The position numbers were made by a program, and so were the translations under genes. The notes under the pieces were generated by a model that saw only the letters and a program-made list of their open reading frames with translations, was not told the DNA's origin and did no database searches. This document shows, one piece after another, positions 23,341 to 31,114 of a DNA stretch of 32,166 bases; the stretch's first letter is position 1; each line of letters starts with the position of its first letter. The DNA lies in the IMG/VR virus record IMGVR_UViG_3300021963_000428, positions 1-32,166 of that record. One strand, given 5' to 3'. Source of the stretch: a virus.

Positions 23341-23975
23341 GATTCATATACAGTAGTAAAATCAGGATATTTAGCTTTAACTTTTGCTATGTATTTTGGA
23401 TCATCAGTCTTTCTAACTAAATGAACTTTGAATTGTTTACTAATGTCAAATTCTACACTAGTATCTAATTCATAGTCATTTGGATTAGTTAAGTAATCCC
23501 AATAATATCCACGAGTATAAGATGCTTTAGATAAACTACCATGAAATGCATATAACATTTCAATTGGTAATCGATCACATAACACAATTTGTATTGGCAT
23601 AAAACAATTTTTTACGTTAAATACAGCAACAACTCCATTGTCTAAGCTGTGTGTATAATAAGAATCATTTGTTACATTCTCTAATTCATTAGCCTGAAGA
23701 TCTAATGCTTGTGATACTCTAGCTTCAACACTATCTCTAGACTCATTTGGATATGCATGAATATAGATATCTAAATCCTTTGCAGGATTACCTAATGCCC
23801 AATCTCGTGGTGCTCCACCTAAAATACAAGAGTTAGGATCTACTATGTGTAACATGTTTAATGCTGCAATAGCACAATTTTTTTGTGATTCAATAATTTG
23901 ACTTTTCATTTCAACTTTTAAAGAAATAGACTTTGAAATTGCTTCTCTGATTCTCTCATTTATATCACTAGACAT
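23337..23975 (-). CDS. Pol-beta-fold nucleotidyltransferase resembling the head domain of CCA-adding enzyme / poly(A) polymerase
   Basis: ILGGAPRDWALGNPAKDLDIYIH matches GG-x-x-RD-x-x-LG-x(4)-D-x-D. At 212 aa it is much shorter than full-length CCA enzymes. Confidence 0.55.
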   Translation of the reverse strand: MSSDINERIREAISKSISLKVEMKSQIIESQKNCAIAALNMLHIVDPNSCILGGAPRDWALGNPAKDLDIYIHAYPNESRDSVEARVSQALDLQANELENVTNDSYYTHSLDNGVVAVFNVKNCFMPIQIVLCDRLPIEMLYAFHGSLSKASYTRGYYWDYLTNPNDYELDTSVEFDISKQFKVHLVRKTDDPKYIAKVKAKYPDFTTVYES

Positions 23976-23987
23976 TTTTATTCCTGT

Positions 23988-25865
23988 TTAATGTACATCG
24001 TACCAATTATTACCAATTTTGGATTCACCATCCATAATATCTACACCAAACAACTTAGGACCATCTTGAAAAGCTTTCTTAGCAATCGCAGATGCTCTTT
24101 CAGCATATTCAGTAGGAACTTCAAATTCAATCTCATCGTGATAAAATATCAAGGGATTGAATGGTATGTTTTCCTCTTGGAGTCTAACATAAGTAAGAGC
24201 AGTAGCTGCTTTACATGTAATAGCTTCACAACTTTGTAACAAATAGTTGAGAGACTTATGGGCAGACTCACAAGGAATCTTACGACCATCTAATGCAGGA
24301 ATCCAAGGATTACCATGGTTCTCTGTTTTATTAAATATTGTATTAATACGTTTAATTAATAGGTCTAATCCTGGAATACGCTTTGCAAACTCAGCTTTAA
24401 TTTTATTACCTAGCTTAGCATTACGAATACCAGTTAAGATTAAAGATACTTTCTCACCACCAGCACCAAACAAATAAGCATAAATGAATGGCTTTGCTAA
24501 CTTACGAGATACAAGAGGATCTTTAATAATCTTAGGAAAGTTTACTTGTTCTTCAGTCATTACTGCAGTAAGTACATCTGCATTCTTCTGATGAACATCT
24601 CCATTTAGAACTTCATTTGTGTATTCATCATTCTTTAAATAATGACATAAAGCTCTAAATTGATTACCAGAAGAATCAGCACCAATGATTGAATACCCAG
24701 GAGTGGCAACAAATAGTTTTCTAATATCTGCACCCCACTCGGAATCAGCACCTGGAACATTGACAATACCGCTATGTCTAGCACGACCAGTTGGAGTAGA
24801 GATAGTAAAACAACTACCATGTAATCGACTATTCTCATCTAGGTCCTCTATCCATCCAGACAAAATAGAATGTCTAGATCTAGTAGTATAGTACTTATCA
24901 ATCAACATACCTACTTCACCTAATTTTTCAAGTGAGCTTGTAGTTAATTTTTCTGATACTTTAATAAACTCGTTTCCTTGTTTCTTCCAGTTCCAGTCAT
25001 CAGGTACCCAACCTATTTTATGTAGGTAAAGTTTAACTGAATCAATATTACCTAAGTCAGGTTGTACATACTCAAATCGTTGATAAGGTCCTTCTACCAG
25101 ACGAACATCCCTGCCATTAGTAGGATCAATATTAAAATATCTTGCAGTAACGGCATCATAATTACCATTCTTGATCCACTTTGGAGACTTAGGTTCTTTA
25201 TCCACAATCTTAGTTTCAATACTAAGCCTTGGTTCAATGACAGCCTGAACAGCTGACATCTGAGTCTCCATAGCAGATAGTAGTCTTGTAGCAGCTTCTT
25301 TATCAAATTGCCATCCTATATATTCTGCATCAGCACAGAATTGTGCAGTTAAATGCTCATTTTTAATAGAAGTCTTAAGATATTGTTTCTTTTCAAACAT
25401 TACCTTTAGTTCTTTATTAAGTTGTTTATAAACTTTTAAATTAATTTTTACGTCTTCTCTACACCGATGTAGCATGTCTATCGAGTACTGACTCCAGTCC
25501 TCATGATTAACTTTAGAATGCCCAAGGTACTCACCCCATACAGCTAGAGAGTGTTTTCCATTAAATCGATCATAGTCAACTATTTGAGACAATAACATTG
25601 TGTCATATAGTTTAGTATCTTTATTTGGAATCCAATTGTATAGTTTTCGGAGAACAAGTAAGTCATAGCCAATAATATTATGGCCAATCAAACTTGTTGC
25701 TTTCGATAGGTGTTGTAAGCCTTGCTCTAAGCTTAGATATTGAGGATCATAATCAGTAAAGATTAATTCCTCACCAGTAACAGTGTCATTTGTTACAATC
25801 ATCCAGACTTTACTTACGGTGTCTAGTAGACCATCGCTTTCGATGTCAAATACTAGATTGCTCAT
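23988..25865 (-). CDS. DNA polymerase, family A, with 3'-5' exonuclease domain
   Basis: ExoI FDIESDGL; motif A IIGADSSGNQFR; motif B RKLAKPFIYAYLFGAG; motif C IFYHDEIEFE. Confidence 0.9.
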   Translation of the reverse strand: MSNLVFDIESDGLLDTVSKVWMIVTNDTVTGEELIFTDYDPQYLSLEQGLQHLSKATSLIGHNIIGYDLLVLRKLYNWIPNKDTKLYDTMLLSQIVDYDRFNGKHSLAVWGEYLGHSKVNHEDWSQYSIDMLHRCREDVKINLKVYKQLNKELKVMFEKKQYLKTSIKNEHLTAQFCADAEYIGWQFDKEAATRLLSAMETQMSAVQAVIEPRLSIETKIVDKEPKSPKWIKNGNYDAVTARYFNIDPTNGRDVRLVEGPYQRFEYVQPDLGNIDSVKLYLHKIGWVPDDWNWKKQGNEFIKVSEKLTTSSLEKLGEVGMLIDKYYTTRSRHSILSGWIEDLDENSRLHGSCFTISTPTGRARHSGIVNVPGADSEWGADIRKLFVATPGYSIIGADSSGNQFRALCHYLKNDEYTNEVLNGDVHQKNADVLTAVMTEEQVNFPKIIKDPLVSRKLAKPFIYAYLFGAGGEKVSLILTGIRNAKLGNKIKAEFAKRIPGLDLLIKRINTIFNKTENHGNPWIPALDGRKIPCESAHKSLNYLLQSCEAITCKAATALTYVRLQEENIPFNPLIFYHDEIEFEVPTEYAERASAIAKKAFQDGPKLFGVDIMDGESKIGNNWYDVH

Positions 25866-26424
25866 TTAAAATTTTTTCAATATCTTTAATTCGGATTGGT
25901 TGATTATCATTCTTAGTATAGGCAAGTAGGAACTTTAAATACCACAATGCCTTACCAAGCTCTTGTTGTTCAGCATCTTTACCACCAAGGCGGTCTAAAT
26001 ACTTTCGTACTTGTAGCTCAACTGCAGCTTTAAAACAAGCAGGGTCTCTAAAACTTGGTAGATACTGCATAGTCTCTAACCATTGTAAATCCATTACATA
26101 ACTTTGATAATGACTTGGATTAATTGCATCTTTATTTCCTGTTACAGAATTTTCTTTGAGATACTTCATTAGCTGATCAACTTCCCATTCGTTATCACCG
26201 TCTTCAATTGCCCAAGTATTTAAAAGGTTACGATATTCATTTATAGAACCAATATGATTTAGTTCTTTAGAACGATTCTTAACACTAGTAGGCCAAATAC
26301 ATTTGATAGTAAAGAAATCCATATTGTCTTTCCATGCAGTAACAGCATGTTCAAAGTCATTATAGGTTGCTATTACACCACGATTTTTACCATATGAGTG
26401 TATTTCATAAATCGGCATGTACAT
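25846..26424 (-). CDS. Protein with C-terminal DUF3310-like domain
   Basis: AINPSHYQ...AAVELQVRKYLDRLGGKD...LGKALWYLKFLLAY resembles the INPxHY ... KY-x-R ... KA-x-WYL pattern. The start could be 26424 or 26418. Confidence 0.55.
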   Translation of the reverse strand: MYMPIYEIHSYGKNRGVIATYNDFEHAVTAWKDNMDFFTIKCIWPTSVKNRSKELNHIGSINEYRNLLNTWAIEDGDNEWEVDQLMKYLKENSVTGNKDAINPSHYQSYVMDLQWLETMQYLPSFRDPACFKAAVELQVRKYLDRLGGKDAEQQELGKALWYLKFLLAYTKNDNQPIRIKDIEKILNEQSSI

Positions 26425-26593
26425 CTATATTTCCCTCTTCTACTTTGTATAGTTTACCTTCTGCAACAGCATCTTTTAGCATTCTAATAAATGCGTAGTT
26501 CATAAGATATTCTCTTGCTTCATTGTCTAAATCAAGCACTACATTAGCACTACCATCTTCATTTTCTGAAATAGTATGAACAGTAAGTTTCAT
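26405..26593 (-). CDS. Hypothetical protein (62 aa)
   Basis: ORF track. TAATG overlap with the upstream stop. Confidence 0.55.
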   Translation of the reverse strand: MKLTVHTISENEDGSANVVLDLDNEAREYLMNYAFIRMLKDAVAEGKLYKVEEGNIDVHADL

Positions 26594-26856
26594 TAATATA
26601 CATCTCCATTTTCTTTGATCTTTAGATCTTCGTATGGTGCTGCTATTCTACGATAAAACTCAATCTTAGCTCCTTCTAAAGCACCTACAATATCGTTAAT
26701 AGCTTGATAATTACCTTTATCAGTACGATTGAAGTAATCTCTTACAATAGAAGTAATAACAAAGTTTAATTCTCCTGGGGTAGTACATAAGTCACCTACC
26801 TCAGCTACACTTTTTGTGTGTAGAAATTGTTTAAAATCTTGTCTAATATATGGCAT
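26593..26856 (-). CDS. Hypothetical protein (87 aa from first ATG)
   Basis: The track start at 26871 is TTG. ATG 26856 (MPYIRQDF...) forms TAATG with the upstream stop. Confidence 0.6.
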   Translation of the reverse strand: MPYIRQDFKQFLHTKSVAEVGDLCTTPGELNFVITSIVRDYFNRTDKGNYQAINDIVGALEGAKIEFYRRIAAPYEDLKIKENGDVY

Positions 26857-27044
26857 TATTTTTCTTCCCAAAGGCTTGCATGATAAACCTTAACCTTTAA
26901 TTTTGGATAGTGAGCTTTAACATCTTTTACTTTAACTTCTACTTGTTTTAAACTAGTAAATACACATTCTTGAGTTGCTTTATTAATAGGTACATTATGC
27001 TCTAAGTTATCTTCAGGGTTTACGTAAGTAATAAAGAAAGGCAT
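26856..27044 (-). CDS. Hypothetical protein (62 aa)
   Basis: ORF track. TAATG overlap with the upstream stop. Confidence 0.55.
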   Translation of the reverse strand: MPFFITYVNPEDNLEHNVPINKATQECVFTSLKQVEVKVKDVKAHYPKLKVKVYHASLWEEK

Positions 27045-27460
27045 TAGTCGATATACTCCGTAATAATAGTATCACAAGCCTTATCTACTGTTGATCTCCA
27101 CTCTGTAACTAAAGACTCAAAGAATGGATGTATAGTATCAGCAGATGCTTTAAATGCAACTACTGGTTTACGTAATACATAAGCAGCATAAAACACTTCC
27201 ATAGAGGTACCATGTTTAGCAATTGCTGGGTTATTCAGATTAACAAGAATCAAATCTGACTCTTGAATATCACGAAGATCTAATTCAAAAATACGCTTCA
27301 TGTATTTAGCTTGAAAGTCATGAACCCTACGAGTAGGATCAAGAACTTTTTGATCTGCTTGCTGAAGTAATTTAGTAGCAATATTTCGCCAACCTTTTGC
27401 ATCTTCAACAGAGACATGCTCCATTGGACCTGCAAGATATATCGTTCTTTGTTTAGTCAT
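27044..27460 (-). CDS. Nucleoside 2-deoxyribosyltransferase-like protein
   Basis: N-terminal RTIYLAGPM and HGTSMEVFYAAY (Glu in the GTxxExG-like context), in a 138-aa Rossmann-like size. Confidence 0.6.
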   Translation of the reverse strand: MTKQRTIYLAGPMEHVSVEDAKGWRNIATKLLQQADQKVLDPTRRVHDFQAKYMKRIFELDLRDIQESDLILVNLNNPAIAKHGTSMEVFYAAYVLRKPVVAFKASADTIHPFFESLVTEWRSTVDKACDTIITEYID

Positions 27461-27756
27461 AGTTCATTTAAAATACGCATGTAATTAGCGGTATACCACA
27501 ATCCGCCTTGACTTTGAGGTCTTTGATGCCTAGTGTAGTCCTGAATTTCTATCCTACACCATGTTCTATCTTTATAGCTCAAATGAGGAGCATTAGGAGT
27601 AGAACAACAATGCCATCCAGGGCGATAAGCATAACCTACAGTAGGGTGCGACTCTGCTCCGTATAAAACTCCTGATTGTATTTTCTGTTTTCGGTTAATA
27701 AACAATGGCCCATAAGTACCATCTTTTCGTTTCTTAAAAAGTTTATATGCAATCAT
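27457..27756 (-). CDS. Conserved-looking hypothetical protein (99 aa; GPLFINRKQ...YRPGWHCC..PNAPHLS)
   Basis: ORF track. ATG start with TAATG overlap. Confidence 0.6.
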   Translation of the reverse strand: MIAYKLFKKRKDGTYGPLFINRKQKIQSGVLYGAESHPTVGYAYRPGWHCCSTPNAPHLSYKDRTWCRIEIQDYTRHQRPQSQGGLWYTANYMRILNEL

Positions 27757-27998
27757 TATGAGTTATATTTTAACCAGTCTGGTTCCATAGTTAATAAATG
27801 TTGGATTAATCCGATATTTTCTACTTGAATAAGCTCTGAAATAGATTGTAAAAATTCTCTCTGACTCATTGATGTTTCAATTGTGCAAACAGTAAAGTCT
27901 TCGTTATAAGAAAAATCATCACCTAATTTGCATAGTAGCAACATTTCAAATTCGCTAATAGGGTCTGTGAATGTTATAGTGTATTCAGAAGTAACCAA
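27756..27998 (-). CDS. Hypothetical protein (about 80 aa; start uncertain)
   Basis: The track start at 28055 is TTG, and its first 19 codons lie inside the better-looking membrane ORF 27985-28164. An in-frame TTG at 27998 has GGAG 6 nt upstream. The first ATG is at 27944. Confidence 0.45.
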   Translation of the reverse strand: MVTSEYTITFTDPISEFEMLLLCKLGDDFSYNEDFTVCTIETSMSQREFLQSISELIQVENIGLIQHLLTMEPDWLKYNS

Positions 27999-28164
27999 GA
28001 ACTGCTCCAATGAAAGGTACAAAGACTCCAATAATACGACCAATAATCCAACCAATTTGAGTATCAGCAGTCATGGCTAGAATAGCTAAAAAGTTTGCTA
28101 CCCAACCATAAACAGAAGCTGCTACAATAATTAATCCAATTATCCCTGCAATTACATTATTCAT
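27985..28164 (-). CDS. Small Gly-rich membrane protein (59 aa), not in ORF track
   Basis: My translation: MNNVIAGIIGLIIVAASVYGWVANFLAILAMTADTQIGWIIGRIIGVFVPFIGAVLGYF. It is the first ORF after the SSB terminator and fills gap 28056-28164. Confidence 0.55.
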   Translation of the reverse strand: MNNVIAGIIGLIIVAASVYGWVANFLAILAMTADTQIGWIIGRIIGVFVPFIGAVLGYF

Positions 28165-28175
28165 TTAATATATTC

Positions 28176-28202
28176 TTTTAAAAATAGGAGACCGAAGTCC
28201 CC
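28176..28202 (-). terminator. Rho-independent terminator after the SSB gene
   Basis: Minus-sense GGGGAC-UUCG-GUCUCC (28187-28202) is followed by UAUUUUUAAAAG. The third pair is G.U in this orientation but A/C on the other strand. Confidence 0.65.
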
Positions 28203-28213
28203 TAGTTGTTTAA

Positions 28214-28714
28214 TTAATAAGGGCTATCATCCTCATCATCTCCACCATCAGCATCTGCTACACGAACAATTTCCGTGTCAGTCATTTCAAAGTCATCATC
28301 AGATGCTTTAGGAATATACTCATTTAGTTTAGTAATCTGAATTGCCATCAACATAGAAGCAATCTTCTTCTCATCACCATACTCATATTGAAAGATACGA
28401 ACATTACCAATAGAACCATTGCCAATACTCATTGGACTAATAGGGTTTAATCCACCATCTACTACTGTAACTGGTTGGTTATCTGCTCCATCTTTCTTTT
28501 TAGACTTCTTACGTAGACTAACAGAATAATATACTCCATTATCATCTTCTACAGTCTTTGGCTTTAGGTTGAGTCCTGCCCATTCTGCTTTGACCTTCTT
28601 ATCACGAGTACGCAATTGAACTTCCCAAGTAGGTTGTTCTTTGTTAAACTTAGTGTTTGGTTTCTTAGGGTCTAGACGAGGGTAAAATAATTCAACGTTC
28701 TTTAAAATAGCCAT
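28214..28714 (-). CDS. Single-stranded DNA-binding protein (T7 gp2.5-like)
   Basis: 166 aa. Central VTVVDGGLNPISPMSIGNGSIGNVRI resembles the gp2.5 VVVDSKG...IGGGSKLKV region. The acidic C-terminal tail ends in an aromatic residue (ADADGGDDEDDSPY). It lies directly downstream of the RNAP gene. Confidence 0.7.
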   Translation of the reverse strand: MAILKNVELFYPRLDPKKPNTKFNKEQPTWEVQLRTRDKKVKAEWAGLNLKPKTVEDDNGVYYSVSLRKKSKKKDGADNQPVTVVDGGLNPISPMSIGNGSIGNVRIFQYEYGDEKKIASMLMAIQITKLNEYIPKASDDDFEMTDTEIVRVADADGGDDEDDSPY

Positions 28715-28781
28715 AATCTTTTAGTTCCTTACTTTTAATCCAATTAATAAAAGGTATACATTCAATTTGCATACCATTGTG

Positions 28782-28800
28782 CTTTAGCGTCACCTGGTAA
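28782..28800 (-). promoter_or_regulatory. Phage RNAP promoter, copy C (SP6-like)
   Basis: The minus strand reads TTACCAGGTGACGCTAAA-G(+1, pos 28782)-CACAA. It begins 3 nt after the RNAP stop codon and lies 68 nt upstream of the SSB ATG. Confidence 0.7.
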
Positions 28801-28802
28801 AG

Positions 28803-30974
28803 TTAGCAAAAAGCATAATCTGAGTACAATATCTGGCTTACATCAAGCTTGCCACGCTCAGGTAATAGGTCTGTACTTTGTAGTCCACCTAGTAACTGTT
28901 CTAATGGTTTACTCTTGTAAAATTCCACAAATTGATCTCTTACTCTATAAAACAAATCATCCATGTTTCCTGGTAGAGTACCGAAGGAATCATGCACAAC
29001 TGTCATCTGATATGGTGCGGATACAACAGTCATTGCTAAATGTGCAGCATCAAAGCTGTGAACAATGTTTGGTGCAGCACCTGTCTTTTGCGAATCTTTA
29101 TCTAAAGATGCTTCTTCCCATGTTTGGAGTTGAATCTTTATTTCTTCTTCACCATACTTTAGTTTAGTTCGGACCATTCCTGGTTTTCTATATCCCTGTA
29201 CTACTGGGAAATTAGTTACTGGAGTAGTCCACTTTAGAAACACTTCTCGTTCATTAGATCTTTGTGCAAGATCTTGGAACATACGAAGCATTGTAGCTGG
29301 TCCTTTTAATTTCTCGTAACAAGTTTTAAATACTAGATCACCTAGCATTGCACCCCATAAGTGTTCCTTATCACGTAGGTACTCAGACATATCTCGTGTG
29401 TCTTCAATAATCTGTTGACCCATGCCATATGCTGTACCACCGTAACCGAGAGTCATTACATTGCGTTTAACTACTTTACGTTGATCTTTAGGACTGTTAA
29501 TATTTAACCAGTAGACTGGAAAGAGTTTCTCTCGAATCATACGATTTTGATTACGCCATTCTTGTGCTGCGGCATAAGCTAATGCTTTTTGCTCAGACTT
29601 GTCTGGTGCATCAAAATATGCTTTCTGAAGTTCCTTAGCCTTGTTGTATACTGTATCAAACTGATCTCTTTCTTCTTGAGTAAGAGCGTCAGCCATTTCC
29701 TGTAAGTGTTGCCATACATATCTAGCGATATACATATACACATCCCCAGGAAGATCTTGAGGTACTAAATTAACTAATGGTGCAATATCTTCATCTTGTG
29801 ACATTGCTACTAGATGCTGAACACCGTTATTAGAACCGTCAATATATACAGGTAGAGAACAAGGATAATCTGTTAAATCATTTCCCTCCATAAGCCACTC
29901 TTTAATTTTCTTTAGCTCATTACAGGCAGCTAGAAAAGAAAAAGGAGCTTCAGCTTCAATCCAACCTTGATTGATTGTAGGTTTTTCTGCATAAGATAAG
30001 AATAAATCTAAATGTTCATCTATGAATTCAGCTCTTTGTTTAAGAGTAACTTTATCATTTCCAAAACAATTAGAAGTATGAACCTTTAACCAGTATAAGC
30101 CATTTTCTCCAAGAGGTACAGGGTCATTAAGTAACAATAAACCTTTAGCATTATCGCTTGACTGCTCATGCAAGAATGCTGTGTTAACATATACTCGACC
30201 TCTAAAATCGAAATTATAAGAGTGATAGAATGTATTATCTAAATGTTTCAAAGCTAATCTTTCAATGGCTTCAACTTCAATTAGCAATGAATTCTTTTTC
30301 TCTTCATCAATCTCGCTATGTAGTTTAAACGGACTAGGTGTAGACTCTTTCTTTAAGAAATGTTGATAGACTTTAAATACATCTTTATTTATCCGCCAAC
30401 CAACTGACTGTAACTTATTAAGAACATCGAATAATATTTGTTTGTCTTCATTGTCTTTAAATTGTATCAGTGCTGAAGAGTGACCTTTCTTAACAATAGG
30501 CATTCCATTATTGTTTAAAGGTCCACTCCAAGGTTCAGCTGCTTCTCTCAGTGGAAAGATTTCTACCTTAGTATCATCTATAAGCGACCAGAGTTCTTTA
30601 AGAGCTTTCCAGTCGTTAACTTGTAAGAAGTAAGCTTGATATTTACTTTTCTTACCATTCTTATAGGTGTATTTTAACCTAAAGACTAATACCTTACATT
30701 CAAGATACGAAATACATACAAACCAACCTACTTGCGCATCTGCTACTGTGTCATTAGAAAGATTTAACCTTTGACGAATGCGTCTACCAAGAGTAGCAAT
30801 AATGTCTACTAATGTTGCTTGTCTTTCTAATCCCTTAAGTATATAAGGATAAGATATGTCAATTAACAAGCTAGGATCCATATCCTTTAAGTAGTGAGTG
30901 TAAATATTTCTGTCTGATCTTAATGAAGATTGTCTTAATTTAATGTCACTTACTAACTTTTCTAATATTGTCAT
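28803..30974 (-). CDS. Single-subunit DNA-dependent RNA polymerase (T7/SP6 family), compact 723 aa
   Basis: FDFRGRVY, motif A LPVYIDGSNNGVQH, motif B RKVVKRNVMTLGYGG, motif C VVHDSFGT, and a C-terminal ...YSDYAFC foot. Confidence 0.92.
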   Translation of the reverse strand: MTILEKLVSDIKLRQSSLRSDRNIYTHYLKDMDPSLLIDISYPYILKGLERQATLVDIIATLGRRIRQRLNLSNDTVADAQVGWFVCISYLECKVLVFRLKYTYKNGKKSKYQAYFLQVNDWKALKELWSLIDDTKVEIFPLREAAEPWSGPLNNNGMPIVKKGHSSALIQFKDNEDKQILFDVLNKLQSVGWRINKDVFKVYQHFLKKESTPSPFKLHSEIDEEKKNSLLIEVEAIERLALKHLDNTFYHSYNFDFRGRVYVNTAFLHEQSSDNAKGLLLLNDPVPLGENGLYWLKVHTSNCFGNDKVTLKQRAEFIDEHLDLFLSYAEKPTINQGWIEAEAPFSFLAACNELKKIKEWLMEGNDLTDYPCSLPVYIDGSNNGVQHLVAMSQDEDIAPLVNLVPQDLPGDVYMYIARYVWQHLQEMADALTQEERDQFDTVYNKAKELQKAYFDAPDKSEQKALAYAAAQEWRNQNRMIREKLFPVYWLNINSPKDQRKVVKRNVMTLGYGGTAYGMGQQIIEDTRDMSEYLRDKEHLWGAMLGDLVFKTCYEKLKGPATMLRMFQDLAQRSNEREVFLKWTTPVTNFPVVQGYRKPGMVRTKLKYGEEEIKIQLQTWEEASLDKDSQKTGAAPNIVHSFDAAHLAMTVVSAPYQMTVVHDSFGTLPGNMDDLFYRVRDQFVEFYKSKPLEQLLGGLQSTDLLPERGKLDVSQILYSDYAFC

Positions 30975-31088
30975 TTATTTAAAATCGAATGAGAATTGTT
31001 CTTGATGTTCTGTATAGAACTTTTTGTATAGCCAAATTATTACCGCCTCTAATAAAAAGATAAATAATTCAATTAGGATCTTTGTCAT
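30975..31088 (-). CDS. Small hydrophobic protein (37 aa), not in ORF track
   Basis: My translation: MTKILIELFIFLLEAVIIWLYKKFYTEHQEQFSFDFK. AAGGA lies 11 nt upstream and the stop TAA abuts the RNAP ATG. Confidence 0.4.
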   Translation of the reverse strand: MTKILIELFIFLLEAVIIWLYKKFYTEHQEQFSFDFK

Positions 31089-31114
31089 TATATTTTTTGT
31101 CCTTAATTTTGATT

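Noticed and set aside
151-25306. Nested minus-strand ORFs in alternative frames: 151-363, 698-886, 3366-3560, 11584-11781, 17173-17403, 18352-18654, 23064-23261, 24635-24838 and 25094-25306.
   Set aside because: They lie entirely inside longer genes with clear motifs (endolysin, spanins, terL, peptidase, nrdA, DNA polymerase and others). Their Leu/Ile/Ser-rich shadow-frame composition also argues against them.
373-29167. All plus-strand ORFs in the track: 373-579, 1785-2048, 2151-2342, 2974-3192, 6106-6303, 8658-8879, 10026-10211, 15562-15750, 18411-18656, 19000-19191, 22357-22563, 23991-24239, 24247-24477, 24685-24891, 25062-25256 and 28904-29167.
   Set aside because: Each lies antisense to a well-supported minus-strand gene or tRNA. 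Their composition is low-complexity or hydrophobic, typical of shadow frames in AT-rich DNA. None has a convincing ribosome-binding site, and none fills a gap.
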